DNA of 64,000 nucleotides from an uncultured virus (IMG/VR IMGVR_UViG_3300021964_000046) (taxonomy: Duplodnaviria > Heunggongvirae > Uroviricota > Caudoviricetes), in IMG/VR virus record IMGVR_UViG_3300021964_000046, one strand, 5' to 3'. Shown here one piece after another: positions 29,601 through 38,749 of the stretch. The notes under the pieces are model-generated. The model saw only the letters and a list, made by a program, of their open reading frames with translations. It had not been told where the DNA came from and made no database searches. A program made the position numbers and the translations under genes. Within the stretch, counting starts at the first letter, position 1. The number at the start of each line of letters is the position of its first letter.

Positions 29601-29929
29601 GAGAATTTTCAGTAGATCCTACATTTACTGCAAATAGTAATGAAATTGTACCAACACAAAAAGCAATCGCTGGATATATTGACAGTAGAATTAGTGGTGG
29701 TGGTACAAATGTTAACGTTAACGCTGTGATTGCAGGTGAAGTTCGTGTACAGGGTAACAATATTAGTTCTGAAGCCTTCAGAAAAATCAATATTAATACA
29801 CAAATGAACTTTGAAAAACCAATTGATGGCGATATGGCGGCTTTAACCTACTTTGTACAAGGTACAAACTTTGGACTTATCGATGAAGGAGATCCTGCAA
29901 CACCGCAAGAAGCAGGGGCAGGGAAATAA
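23672..29929 (+). CDS. Giant tail fibre protein with CBM5/12-like repeats, cupredoxin-like inserts, beta-helix and BNR/propeller-like region
   Basis: Repeats W....Y..GD(V/I)V.YGG..Y.C...H.S; HPLYL...CYNHSAM; STDGGGTW and SIDDGASW Asp-box-like motifs; TAAATA at 23643-48. Confidence 0.75.
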   Translation: MAEFKIDRIRFRWTGTWQASKQYIKDDIVSYGGKTFVCLNGHTSDPDFYIDYLNQILPKWTQMTDGVQWVDQWTPGTYYKVNDVIRYGGQVYAAIVGHTASPYEVPEGSTTITVTVDRDSGSITDTGRANTSTGAIFLNGTERNIITIRKGHTYLFDQTDQSNLDFGGQEHPLRFSVYEDGVNPDTPLIDYWDIGTNLVYFIDGIETTEAVYLSSFATASDRKIRLTVPADAPDKIYYFDGTPDSKDKGAYLNIETPGEIGINDFGNWKLVVSDQNWRYEWLPQVIYRIGDVVKYGGIIYRCTVEHTSSTTVTGLELDSTKWTVVTRSDQWKDYWKPRTRYVADDVIRYGGIIYRCVIGHLSANDDALGLEEDMPGAPNNAWEILIDGIEYKGHWVASRDITSEEITGGIVTVTSHGLTTGDLVQYTTTGTDGDGLSDNTYYYIRNVTVDTFKLYRRLNDALANRSNLEVEAGDGTEIFVKKEKYKKGDILRYGPSIWYCNTGHNSGTTFAESFFDIWLPGYEYEQQWVESATYQPGDIVKYGGYSYTSLTINTNSIPSVNGITQDTGDWELLTQGYRMGGQINQNPDLQEEASYWDSGTSYQTGDVVRFGGYLYIALRDNTGAEPDDQNSTVDVTITVGNPGNGNKYYVNGVVGGNIDLYEENTYRFIQNDSSNLTHPLYLSTSIDGHHDGGQYNYLDNGVTYWLDGVQVADAAAYDTGFAGATERYVQYIVPRDAYKANYLVCYNHSAMYQDDQGDDGTLTTIYSNNQWLTLIDGDRFRGNWKETVIVNAAPETNSYFLGDIVTYNGTLYRCIKRHEASNSGSRPDLDIDYTQENFWVTVAEGGVNNVLQYRGDIRTHDGTDHARVGIGNPGDSFKVMADDDLAWESLEQTENVYYVSPDGIDANSTGRGLTPTAPFKTIKYATQYILEDEGTRAPATILVKTGRYQEICPISVPANVAIVGDELRSTFVEPTPETKGNDMFRVRNGCGIRNMTLSGLQGQFTDPDEYLIKRVTGGAFVALDPGEGPDDETVWITTKSTYVQNVSTFGNKCVGMKVDGSLHNGGNKSIVANDFTQIIQDGIGYWCNADGLSELVSVFTYYCYVGYLCTEGGKVRATNGNNSYGEYGSVAIGFNNDETPITAKVNNYSKEAEVGKVYNDENKLFAVGYTNTGNHYTQGTVTITGSGQNAAGKLTEFRNGSVTEIRITDPGDSSTVGGDNYTYANNRAQSGNATEIQIANQDVNNEEYYLNKLITIIEGEGRGQYGLITSYDWNNGGVLSWNVTSAADPTLTEGTYTGIKGASSDTDATEPTFDVSIDALGVVTLTLTDEGTRNSEGDIITINPTQVGNSGNPITIEITAVSAGSKTVTVKRPIDNQPGWQHLLPGEPIKTVLDETTRYEITPYISFSAPPYNSSNATVQTGSNFKDSAVKLVDGTYRTVLVGENTIMWTEDGTSLTEATSYADLNYVAVADGQTQYVAIDANGRVKQSNDATSWGDAPNNLLSFGVTFVGLEYGNGTHIAIASGTQNIYRSTDGGGTWSQVTAGASGAQWIVYGNGKWIIANGSGDTWESIDDGASWNAGQNIGDVQHDLADLRFGNGRFVASTYDSPNDISTVNNKFFYSFTDASTSYNDTVWYAGEDTNVADNVLINYCQGVFLGVTESGSIIQSEDGVYWIDKGTVSGSYDKMLFGVTDSGPIFYPINTTSTLSSIEYVQTGATTRATVELGTRRITQFYIQEPGSGYGNNPPTISIVDTGNTRDVTYDVRMRNGTVGPVEFTNRGTGYINIGVTITGDGYADLYQLGDKVVVKELTREPGPGDNLYIEGINDIFYAVQGVTNITGTEGNFDATLTISPTLDRAESPEHETNLTIRQQYSQVRLTGHDFLEIGKGNLYNSQYPLLTPIEGYDVREFQETDNGGGGRVFYTSTDQDGNFRVGELFKVEQSTGIVSLNASYFELDGLSELRLGGVTLGGTNAVIREFSVDPTFTANSNEIVPTQKAIAGYIDSRISGGGTNVNVNAVIAGEVRVQGNNISSEAFRKININTQMNFEKPIDGDMAALTYFVQGTNFGLIDEGDPATPQEAGAGK

Positions 29930-29971
29930 ACATAATGATAAATACAATTAACATAGTGTTAGGAACCAAAA

Positions 29972-32900
29972 ATGGCTGAATTTAAACTCGGTAGAATTAG
30001 ATTTATTTGGAAAGGTGCATGGACATCTGCCAAACAATATTACAAAGACGACGTTGTAAGATACGGTGGACGTACCTATATCGTCAATACCGGGCACATT
30101 AGTTCTAACGCATTTACAACAGATATTTCATACTTTGACCTATTAGCAGACGGTACTGAATGGAAGGGCGAATGGGCTCTTACAACAGTATATAAACCTA
30201 ATGACGTTGTAAAATACGGAGGTTACTTATATGTTTGTAACACAGGTCATACTTCAGCGTCACAAGCGTCAGATGGTTTAGAGTTTGACCAAACAAAATG
30301 GGATTTATTTGCAGAAGGCTTTGACTGGAAAGGTGCTTGGGGAGTTGCAACAAGATATAAAGTAAACGACATTGTACGTTACGGTGGAGTAATGTATCTT
30401 TGTACAGAAGCACACACGTCAGCGGCAGACTCAGCAGATGGATTAGAACAAGATCAAACAAAATGGGATTTATTCGCTAATGGAATGACATGGCGAACTA
30501 CTTGGACTGCAACTACAAGATATAAAGTAGGTGATGTAGTACGCTATGGCGGACAGGTTTATATCTGTAACACAGGTCACACTGCTGGCGCAACAGATGC
30601 AGACGGTCTTGAAGCAGATCAAGCAAGTTGGGATTACTTACACAAAGGTATTGAATATTTAGGCAACTGGGCAACATCAACACGTTATAAAATTAATGAT
30701 GTTGTTAAGTATGGTGGAGACATTTGGATTTGTACAACGTTCCACACATCAGGTGCAACACTGGCGGCTGATGAATCAAACTGGTCAATATTTGTACCAG
30801 GATTAGAATTTGAAGATAGTTGGCAGAATAATGTAAACTATCAACCAGGTGACGTTGTAACATACGGTGGTTATTCATATATTTCAATCACAAATAACTT
30901 TGGACAAACTCCGTTTAATAACATTACCCATTGGGAATTATTTACAACAGGATTTACATTCCGTGGCGACTATGATAATAACTTTGCATACAAAGTTGGC
31001 GATGTTGTAAGACTTGGAGGATGGACTTACATTGCACTTGCAGACGGAACAGGTAACAGACCACCAGATGCAGTTTATTGGGATAAACTTAACGAAGGTT
31101 TATACTGGAAGGGTGAATGGCAGAATGCTGTTTACTATGACAAAGGTGATGTAGTTCGTGGTATTAATGATGTAAACTCTTATGTTTGTATCGCTCCACA
31201 CACTTCAGAACAAATCGGTGCTGGACAAAACAGACCAGACCAAGATCTTGCAGGTAACTACTGGAACTTACTAAGTGGTGGTGCTGAAGTTGGTAACTTG
31301 ACAACACGCGGTGACATTGTTTACTATAGTGGTGCAGGTCCAACAAGATTACCAGTTGGTGCACCAGGACAAGTATTAAAGGTTAATGGAGCAGGAACAG
31401 ATCCAGAATGGGCATACTTTGGTCAACTTGACGCAGTTTACTACACAGCACTTGATGGTGCTGACAGTGCAGTACCAGCGTCGGGTGTAACACTTGACAA
31501 ACCTTTTAGAACTGTAAACTTTGGTTTACGTCAAATTGAAGAAGGTGCAAGAAAACCTTATGCAACACAACTATTAAAAAGAAACAAAGCATTTATTCAA
31601 GATGAAACTCTTAGTTGGGTTGATACACAAATTGTAAACTCAAGTGCACCTTTTACAGGATCATTTACATATACTGCGGCAAACTGGCGTAGAGATTTAG
31701 GTACATTTATTGATGCACTTATTTGGGACTTATCACATGGTGGTAATAGAAAAACAAGATTAGAAACTCTTGCATACTTTGATTCAGATGCTGATCAATA
31801 TTATGTTTCAAATGATGGTATTACAGCAGAATTTGCGGCAACACTGACATTTATTACAACATTAATCGATGATGTAATTACACAAGACACACCTGCTACA
31901 GATTATCAAGTAGCAAGAAGTGTAGCAAACCCAACACTACAAATTACAGACAACACTATTGTTGAAGAACCAGAAGCACAACAAATTCTTGTTAATCTAA
32001 GAACTGTTGCAAGTGCGGCATTGACAGCAGGAAACACAAACAGTGTACCAGCAGAAATTGTTGCTAACGATACATTGTTTGTAAAAACAGGTTCTTTTGC
32101 AGAAGTACTTCCAATGGTAATTCCAGAAAGTTGTGCAGTTGTTGGTGATGAATTACGTTCAACAAAAATTACTCCAGCAGGTTCACTTGTTGATTCAAGT
32201 GATACACAATATTCAATTGCTGGTATTACACACATGGCAAGTATCATTGATGATATTATTACAAACACAGCAGTAACAGCACAAACAGGTAATACAGAAA
32301 CACAAGATACAGCATTACCAGCAGGTTCGGCGGCGGCAGGAACTGCGGCGGCGACTATTGCTACAGATATTAAAAATAAAATTGATTTTGTATTAAATTC
32401 TGTAGGTTCAGATGTTGCAATGACAGGTAGTAACACTCCAAACAAAACAGCAGATTATACAGATGCTGTACTAAGACTTACAGAAAACAAAGATTTTATT
32501 GCAGAAGATGTTAACAGATATATTATTGCTACATATCCTGCATACACAGATTATATTTCAGGACCTAATGCGGCGGCATTACAAGCAAGTTGTAAACGTG
32601 ATGTAAAACGTTACATTGAAGCAATACAACATGACTTAATTTACACTGGAAACTACAAAGCACAAAGAGCCGCAGAACAGTATTATAGAAGCGTTGGTGG
32701 TTCTACACTAAACGATATGTTCTATGTAAGAAATGGTACAGGTTTAAGAAACTGTACTGTACAAGGTTTAGACGGTGTTTTAGGAACAGTAAACACTTAC
32801 GGTACAAAACGTCCAAGTGCGGGTGCTTATGTATCACTTGATCCAGGCTGGGGAACAGCACATGAAGACGCATGGGTTAAAAATAAATCGTGTTATGTAC

Positions 32901-35077
32901 AGAACGTAACAACGTTTGGTACAGGATGTGTTGGTCTTAAGATTGACGGCGATTTACACGCAGGCGGTAACGACTCTATTGTTGCTAACGACTTTACACA
33001 GGTATTAAGTGACGGTATTGGTGTATGGTGTACAAACTTAGGTAGAACAGAACTTGTTTCTGTGTTCTCATACTATGGTCACATTGGTTACCTTGCAGAA
33101 AACGGTGGTAAAATTCGTGCTACAAACGGTAACTCATCATATGGTGATTTTGGTTGTGTATCAGAAGGCGTAGATGCAACTGAAGTTCCAATTATTGCAT
33201 ACACTGATAACCGAGACAAACAGGCTCAAGTTGCTAAAATTATTACAGATAGCGATAGAATTCTTTCATTAGAATATCTTAATGCTGGTAGAGAATATGA
33301 TACTAATGGCGGCAATGCTGTTATTTCTATTGTAGGCGACGGCTTTGGTCTTGGTACTGTAACTCCTGTTTACAGAACAGCAGGTGTTATGGAAGTAAGA
33401 TTGCTTAACACAAACGATGAGTTTGGTGGAGAAGATTATATTACAGCAGGTAACGCGGCACAGATTGGTAATGCAACAAGTCTTACAATTTCAAACACAG
33501 ATACTGCAACATCTGGACAGTATATCGGAATGGCAATTTGGATTGAAGCAGGTTTAGGTGCTGGACAGTATGCTTATATTGACACATTTAACGCAGGTAC
33601 TAAACAAGCAACAGTAAGAAAATATTCAGATGGCACACCAGGATGGGATCACTTGTTAGGTGAGCCTATTGAATCATTGCTTGATAGTACAACAACATAT
33701 GTTATTGAACCAAGACTTGAATTTTCAACTCCAGTTGGTGACGGATCAAGTACTTCTATCAAAGCAATTGGTAGATGTAGAGTACAAGACGGTTTAATTA
33801 ACCAGATTAGAATTATTGAACCAGGACAAGGTTATGATAATACTGCGACATTAACTATTACAGATCCAAACAATACAACAGATGCACCATTCCAAATTAG
33901 AATTGCTGACGGTGTATTAGGACAACCAACATTTGCTGGAGCAACCAATGGCGGTAGAGGATCTGGTTATGAAACTGCTACTGCTACAATTACAGCAACA
34001 CAGATTGAAGAAACAATTACAGGAATTACACAAGCAAATCCAGCAGTAGTAACAATTACTGGACACAGCATTACACTCGATGGAACAAAAGTTAGAATTG
34101 CAGAAGCATTAGGATTAGCGTCAAGATTTTTTGACCCTACTTCATTCTTTGCAAAAGTTGTTGATGCAAACAGCATTGAATTATATGAAGATCCTAACTT
34201 AACAGTATCTATTGATACAAGTGCATTAGCACCATATACCACAGGCGGTAAAGTAACACACGGTGGTGGTTATATGGACAACTTACAATCAGGTAAGTTT
34301 GTTCAAGTTGCAGGATTAAGATCAAAACCGAGAGCAGGTTCAAACATAGAATTCTCAAATCAACAAAACGTATTCTACAAACTTGTTGCAATTACAAATT
34401 TATTAGGCGGTGATGATGGACCATTTACCGCACAGTTACAAGTATCACCTGAAATTCCAGTAGATGATGCACCTGCTCAGTATGAAAGTGCAGAAGTAAG
34501 AATTAGATACTCACAAGTACGATTAACAGGACATGACTTCCTGGATATCGGTACTGGTAACTTTACAAATACAAATTATCCAAACGTACCTTTACAAGAT
34601 CCACAGCCGGACAATGAAACAAAAGAAGGCGGTGGCGGTAGAGTGTTCTACACATCCACAGACCAAGACGGTAACTTTAGAGTTGGTGGATTGTTTAACG
34701 TTGAACAGTCAACAGGTGTTGCAACATTGAATGCTGATGCATTTAATATTTCAGGACTACAAGAACTGTCATTGGGTAATCTTGCGGTTGGTAACACAGG
34801 CGCAACAATTAACGAGTTTAGCACCGATGGTACATTCTCCGCAAACAGCGATAGTATTGTACCAACTCAAAGAGCAATTAGAACATATATTACTTCACAG
34901 ATTGGTGGTGGTGCATCTACTCTTAACGTTAACCAAATTATTGCTGGTTTAGTACAAATTTCCGGACAGGAAATTACAACAACTACAGTAGTGCCGATTA
35001 ATGTTAAGGCTCAATTCAATTTCCAAGGCGGAGTTGATGGAGCACCTGTGGCACTAAATATGTTTTTAATGGGATAA
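29972..35077 (+). CDS. Giant tail fibre protein, paralog of 23672
   Basis: MAEFKLGRIRF start, CBM-like repeats, shared YSQVRLTGHDFL.IG.G and FYTSTDQDGNFRVG; TAAATA at 29939-44. Confidence 0.75.
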   Translation: MAEFKLGRIRFIWKGAWTSAKQYYKDDVVRYGGRTYIVNTGHISSNAFTTDISYFDLLADGTEWKGEWALTTVYKPNDVVKYGGYLYVCNTGHTSASQASDGLEFDQTKWDLFAEGFDWKGAWGVATRYKVNDIVRYGGVMYLCTEAHTSAADSADGLEQDQTKWDLFANGMTWRTTWTATTRYKVGDVVRYGGQVYICNTGHTAGATDADGLEADQASWDYLHKGIEYLGNWATSTRYKINDVVKYGGDIWICTTFHTSGATLAADESNWSIFVPGLEFEDSWQNNVNYQPGDVVTYGGYSYISITNNFGQTPFNNITHWELFTTGFTFRGDYDNNFAYKVGDVVRLGGWTYIALADGTGNRPPDAVYWDKLNEGLYWKGEWQNAVYYDKGDVVRGINDVNSYVCIAPHTSEQIGAGQNRPDQDLAGNYWNLLSGGAEVGNLTTRGDIVYYSGAGPTRLPVGAPGQVLKVNGAGTDPEWAYFGQLDAVYYTALDGADSAVPASGVTLDKPFRTVNFGLRQIEEGARKPYATQLLKRNKAFIQDETLSWVDTQIVNSSAPFTGSFTYTAANWRRDLGTFIDALIWDLSHGGNRKTRLETLAYFDSDADQYYVSNDGITAEFAATLTFITTLIDDVITQDTPATDYQVARSVANPTLQITDNTIVEEPEAQQILVNLRTVASAALTAGNTNSVPAEIVANDTLFVKTGSFAEVLPMVIPESCAVVGDELRSTKITPAGSLVDSSDTQYSIAGITHMASIIDDIITNTAVTAQTGNTETQDTALPAGSAAAGTAAATIATDIKNKIDFVLNSVGSDVAMTGSNTPNKTADYTDAVLRLTENKDFIAEDVNRYIIATYPAYTDYISGPNAAALQASCKRDVKRYIEAIQHDLIYTGNYKAQRAAEQYYRSVGGSTLNDMFYVRNGTGLRNCTVQGLDGVLGTVNTYGTKRPSAGAYVSLDPGWGTAHEDAWVKNKSCYVQNVTTFGTGCVGLKIDGDLHAGGNDSIVANDFTQVLSDGIGVWCTNLGRTELVSVFSYYGHIGYLAENGGKIRATNGNSSYGDFGCVSEGVDATEVPIIAYTDNRDKQAQVAKIITDSDRILSLEYLNAGREYDTNGGNAVISIVGDGFGLGTVTPVYRTAGVMEVRLLNTNDEFGGEDYITAGNAAQIGNATSLTISNTDTATSGQYIGMAIWIEAGLGAGQYAYIDTFNAGTKQATVRKYSDGTPGWDHLLGEPIESLLDSTTTYVIEPRLEFSTPVGDGSSTSIKAIGRCRVQDGLINQIRIIEPGQGYDNTATLTITDPNNTTDAPFQIRIADGVLGQPTFAGATNGGRGSGYETATATITATQIEETITGITQANPAVVTITGHSITLDGTKVRIAEALGLASRFFDPTSFFAKVVDANSIELYEDPNLTVSIDTSALAPYTTGGKVTHGGGYMDNLQSGKFVQVAGLRSKPRAGSNIEFSNQQNVFYKLVAITNLLGGDDGPFTAQLQVSPEIPVDDAPAQYESAEVRIRYSQVRLTGHDFLDIGTGNFTNTNYPNVPLQDPQPDNETKEGGGGRVFYTSTDQDGNFRVGGLFNVEQSTGVATLNADAFNISGLQELSLGNLAVGNTGATINEFSTDGTFSANSDSIVPTQRAIRTYITSQIGGGASTLNVNQIIAGLVQISGQEITTTTVVPINVKAQFNFQGGVDGAPVALNMFLMG

Positions 35078-35090
35078 AGGAGAAAAAACT

Positions 35091-35408
35091 ATGGCATCAG
35101 GAAGATTAGGAGCGGCAGACTTAGTATCCGCTACCGACACCACCGTATATACTGTGCCAACTGACAACTATGCAGTTGTTACATTATCGGTGTGTAATAG
35201 AGGAAATCAAGCAATTGGCGTACAAGTAGCCGTTGCGGCCGCGGCAACCCCGACAGCGGCCGAATACATTGAGTGGGAAACAGAAGTGTTAGCACACGGT
35301 GTATTAGAAAGATCGGGAATAGTAATGGACGCTGGAAAGAGGTTGGTTGTAAAATCAAGTTCAGGAAATGTTAGTGCAGTTGCGTTCGGTATTGAGACTG
35401 CGGCATAA
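35091..35408 (+). CDS. Small virion adaptor-like protein (paralog 3 of 3)
   Basis: VYTVPTDNYAVVTLSVCN...GIVMDAGKRL. Confidence 0.65.
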   Translation: MASGRLGAADLVSATDTTVYTVPTDNYAVVTLSVCNRGNQAIGVQVAVAAAATPTAAEYIEWETEVLAHGVLERSGIVMDAGKRLVVKSSSGNVSAVAFGIETAA

Positions 35409-35429
35409 ATACAATAGAAGGATATAACA

Positions 35430-35756
35430 ATGGGAAGATATATTACTACAACTGGAACCGCTGGTACTGTATTGAGAACAACAGGCACGAGTTATGCGGC
35501 CCAAGTTAACGATAGAGTATTGTGTACATCAGGTGGAATTACAATTACACTACCTCTTAACACAAGTTTGTTAGAGAATGACACAATTCAGATCGTTGAT
35601 GTTACGGGTGCATTTAGTGCGTCTAATGTGACAGTAGCACGTAACGGCGCGAAAATCCAGAATTTAAGCGAAGATTTAACACTTGATATTAACAACTCTG
35701 CTGTTACACTTGTTTACACAGGTGCAACGTACGGTTGGATTATTAGTGGAACATAA
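35430..35756 (+). CDS. Tail fibre-associated small domain protein
   Basis: TSGGITITLP...D.IQIVD..G.F...NVTVARNG.KIQ...EDLTLD...VTLVY...GW, typical of T4-like fibre repeat domains; TAAATA at 35406-11. Confidence 0.6.
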   Translation: MGRYITTTGTAGTVLRTTGTSYAAQVNDRVLCTSGGITITLPLNTSLLENDTIQIVDVTGAFSASNVTVARNGAKIQNLSEDLTLDINNSAVTLVYTGATYGWIISGT

Positions 35757-35773
35757 GATAGGAAGTATATAGC

Positions 35774-36505
35774 ATGGCAACACTTAGAGGATTACTTAGT
35801 GATGTTGAGCCGGCAAAGTCAGGCGTACAACGACAGTTTTGGGTTTGGAATGAATCAGATGGCATCGGCAACGGTGGTCGTTGTTGTCTGTGGACAGTTC
35901 CAACCGGTTCTGTAAACGTCACGTATGAATTATGGGGCGGCGGTGGAGGCGGTCACGGCGGTTGCTGTTGTCAGTTTCCAAATAGACCAGCGGCAGGCGG
36001 AAGTTATGCTATTAGAACTATTCAAACTATAGCAGGATGTCAATATACAATCTGTGCAGGCGGTTCAACAGTATGTTGCTGTTTCGGATGTATTGGCGGA
36101 AATGGCTATCCAAGTTTTGTAACAGGTTCAAGTATTGCTACTACCTGTGCACCAGGTGGCTGTGCTGGTAAAGCGTGTTGTTTCACTGATGCATACACTT
36201 GTCACCCAAGTTTTGTGTGGCAATGTGGTACAGGTGATTGGGGACTTCCACAAGTATCTGGAAGTTCAAAGAGAAGTCAATATTGTCATAACCAAATGTG
36301 GAACTTTACAGGAGGTACTCCACTGTTTGGTCATGCAAGAAGATCAAGAGACTGGTGTGCTGGTGAATTTACCAACACCGGCTCATGTTTCCACTGTTTA
36401 GCAGAATTCCCCGGAGGGGGTGGCGGCGGCGGAGCGGCCTGTGGAGAACCTTGTTGCTGGGGCGGCTGGGGTCAAGCAGGTGCGGTAAAAATTAGTTATA
36501 GTTAA
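35774..36505 (+). CDS. Cys-rich glycine-rich adhesin-like fibre-tip protein A
   Basis: WTVP.G...ELWGGGGGG...GGSY...YTICAGG...FPGGGG...GAVKISY scaffold; about 24 Cys in 243 aa. Confidence 0.7.
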   Translation: MATLRGLLSDVEPAKSGVQRQFWVWNESDGIGNGGRCCLWTVPTGSVNVTYELWGGGGGGHGGCCCQFPNRPAAGGSYAIRTIQTIAGCQYTICAGGSTVCCCFGCIGGNGYPSFVTGSSIATTCAPGGCAGKACCFTDAYTCHPSFVWQCGTGDWGLPQVSGSSKRSQYCHNQMWNFTGGTPLFGHARRSRDWCAGEFTNTGSCFHCLAEFPGGGGGGGAACGEPCCWGGWGQAGAVKISYS

Positions 36506-36525
36506 TAAGGAAATGGAGATAAAAA

Positions 36526-37245
36526 ATGCCAAGTAACACAATTATTACACAGACATTTACATATGATTTGCCTGATGACTATCTTGCCCAAACAAATGAT
36601 GACGGGAGAACCGCAACTGCTGAGTATAACGGGCCAGATAAAATTTGGGTATTCATTGATAGAGATACAGGACGTTCAGATACATCACGTCTTGTACTAA
36701 CAGAAGAAGAAAATGGTGCAGATTTTCCTGTACCAGAAGATCAGTACAAAGTAGAAATTAACTGTGCAACTGATCCTGTGCTTTGCTCATTATTTGATGC
36801 AAAAGTAGAATGGGACACTGTACAAGGACAAACAAATATTGTAGTTGATTTACCAGATGGTACTACATACGAAAGACCAGATCCAACAGACGTTGATCAT
36901 ACATATGAATTAGATATGTGTACATACAACTTAGATGGAACATTAACAGATGGCAAATATGTAGGCGGCACATGGACAATGCAATGGAAGCAACCGTGGA
37001 CATCATGGGAACAATTAATTACAGTAAGAAATAATGGATTAGCAGGTTCGGACAGTAAAATTGCTGACGATATGCCTGCGGCAACTAAGCAACAATGGTT
37101 AGATTATAGACAAGAATTGCGTGATTTACCAGCAACATTTGGTTACGGAACAGATACTGAAATTCCGGCCTACATGGTTAATTTTCCAGTAGAGCCAGGT
37201 GCTGATATTGCGGCGGTGGATGCAGACGAAAACCCACCGAGATAA
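36526..37245 (+). CDS. Tail fibre assembly chaperone-like protein A
   Basis: C-terminal RNNGLAGSD..IADDMP....QWLDYRQELRDLP matches the phage tail assembly chaperone pattern; paralog of 38750. Confidence 0.7.
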   Translation: MPSNTIITQTFTYDLPDDYLAQTNDDGRTATAEYNGPDKIWVFIDRDTGRSDTSRLVLTEEENGADFPVPEDQYKVEINCATDPVLCSLFDAKVEWDTVQGQTNIVVDLPDGTTYERPDPTDVDHTYELDMCTYNLDGTLTDGKYVGGTWTMQWKQPWTSWEQLITVRNNGLAGSDSKIADDMPAATKQQWLDYRQELRDLPATFGYGTDTEIPAYMVNFPVEPGADIAAVDADENPPR

Positions 37246-37260
37246 AAGGAGCAGTAGAAT

Positions 37261-38001
37261 ATGTCAAGTTTAAGAACACTATTACAGTACGGTAGTACAT
37301 CAACAGGCTCCACTCCGTTGAGAAGTTTACGTGTTTACAACACAAGTATTACTTCACAAAACAACGGTGGTAGATGTTGTCAATGGACAGTACCTGCAGG
37401 TGCTGTTTGGGCGGCCTTTGAAGTTTGGGGTGGTGGTGGTCCAGGCGCAGGAGTTTGCTGTTGCCAACAAGGATGGTCCGGTGGTTCTGGTTCTTATGGT
37501 AGACGTATTATTGAAACAGATGCAGGAGAGCAATTTACAATTTGTGCGGCAGGATCAACTTGTTGTCACTCAAGATGTTATTCATGTAAAGGATTTCCAA
37601 GTTATGTTTGTGGACCAAACGGATTTTGTATGTGTTCATCAGGTGGTTCAGAAGGGGCTTCAAAATGTTTTTGGAGTCAAAACTGTTCATACAGCGGATG
37701 TCAAATGTATAACTGCGGATGTGTTAATGGAGCAACTTTAGCAATTTGTGGTACAACTGGTGGCGGACATGGGTCTGCTCACTGTGCAAGTGATATGCAC
37801 CAGTTTATACCAAGTGCACCATTTACATCACACACAAGAATGTCACGTTCAGGCTGTTATAAAACAGATGGACAAGGTCAAGGTGATCATGGCGTGTTCC
37901 CAGGAGGCGGTGGTGCTTCAGGGGTAACACATAACGAAACTTGTTACTGTGGAGCAAAAGGAATGGGCGGATTAGTAACAGTATACTATACGTCAACATA
38001 A
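37261..38001 (+). CDS. Cys-rich glycine-rich adhesin-like fibre-tip protein B
   Basis: GGRCCQWTVP...EVWGGGG..AGVCCCQ; about 23 Cys in 246 aa. Confidence 0.7.
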   Translation: MSSLRTLLQYGSTSTGSTPLRSLRVYNTSITSQNNGGRCCQWTVPAGAVWAAFEVWGGGGPGAGVCCCQQGWSGGSGSYGRRIIETDAGEQFTICAAGSTCCHSRCYSCKGFPSYVCGPNGFCMCSSGGSEGASKCFWSQNCSYSGCQMYNCGCVNGATLAICGTTGGGHGSAHCASDMHQFIPSAPFTSHTRMSRSGCYKTDGQGQGDHGVFPGGGGASGVTHNETCYCGAKGMGGLVTVYYTST

Positions 38002-38016
38002 GGAGTAAATAGTAGT

Positions 38017-38739
38017 ATGTCAACTTTAAGAGATTTTTTGTTTGGTTACGATGACCCGAAAGCAATTCCAAATGAATTTGCAGTCTATAACACAAGTACG
38101 ACTACTCCAAATAATGGCGGAAGATGCTGTTTATGGACAATACCAGCAGGAATAGCATATGCAACATTTGAAATTTGGGGCGGCGGTGCCGCAGGTGAAG
38201 GCGCTTGTTGCTGTCAAATGGGATATCCATCATCAGGTGGAACATATGGCCAAAGAGCAACAGATGTTACTCCGGGTCAACAATACACAATTTGTGCGGC
38301 AGGGTCAACTTGCTGTAGACAAAGAGGAAACTGTCAAAGAGGTTGTGATTCATACGTATGTAGATCAGGTTCATGGTGTGCAAGAGCGTGTGGAGGTAGA
38401 GTATTACGTACAGAATGTTTTATGTACAGAACTTGTTATTCATGTTGTAGAATGAGATATTGTGTTCACGGACACAGTGGTATGGACTTTGGAGTTGGAG
38501 TAACACAAGCAACTTCACAATTAAGTCAATACTGTCATGATAGAGGCAACCAGATGACAACAGGTTCATACGGTAACCCAGGATTTAGAAACGGCCCTAA
38601 TGGTTGTTGTGCTTGGGGTGGATCGCAAGGATTTGGCTTGTTCCCAGGTGGTGGCGGAATGTCAGCACAGGCATACGGCGAAGTTTGTTGTTGCGGATCT
38701 CCAGGAGCAGGCGGATTAGTGTACGTAGTATATTACTAA
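38017..38739 (+). CDS. Cys-rich glycine-rich adhesin-like fibre-tip protein C
   Basis: GGRCCLWTIP...EIWGGG..GEGACCCQ; about 24 Cys in 240 aa; TAAATA at 38006-11. Confidence 0.7.
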   Translation: MSTLRDFLFGYDDPKAIPNEFAVYNTSTTTPNNGGRCCLWTIPAGIAYATFEIWGGGAAGEGACCCQMGYPSSGGTYGQRATDVTPGQQYTICAAGSTCCRQRGNCQRGCDSYVCRSGSWCARACGGRVLRTECFMYRTCYSCCRMRYCVHGHSGMDFGVGVTQATSQLSQYCHDRGNQMTTGSYGNPGFRNGPNGCCAWGGSQGFGLFPGGGGMSAQAYGEVCCCGSPGAGGLVYVVYY

Positions 38740-38749
38740 GAGGAAAACG

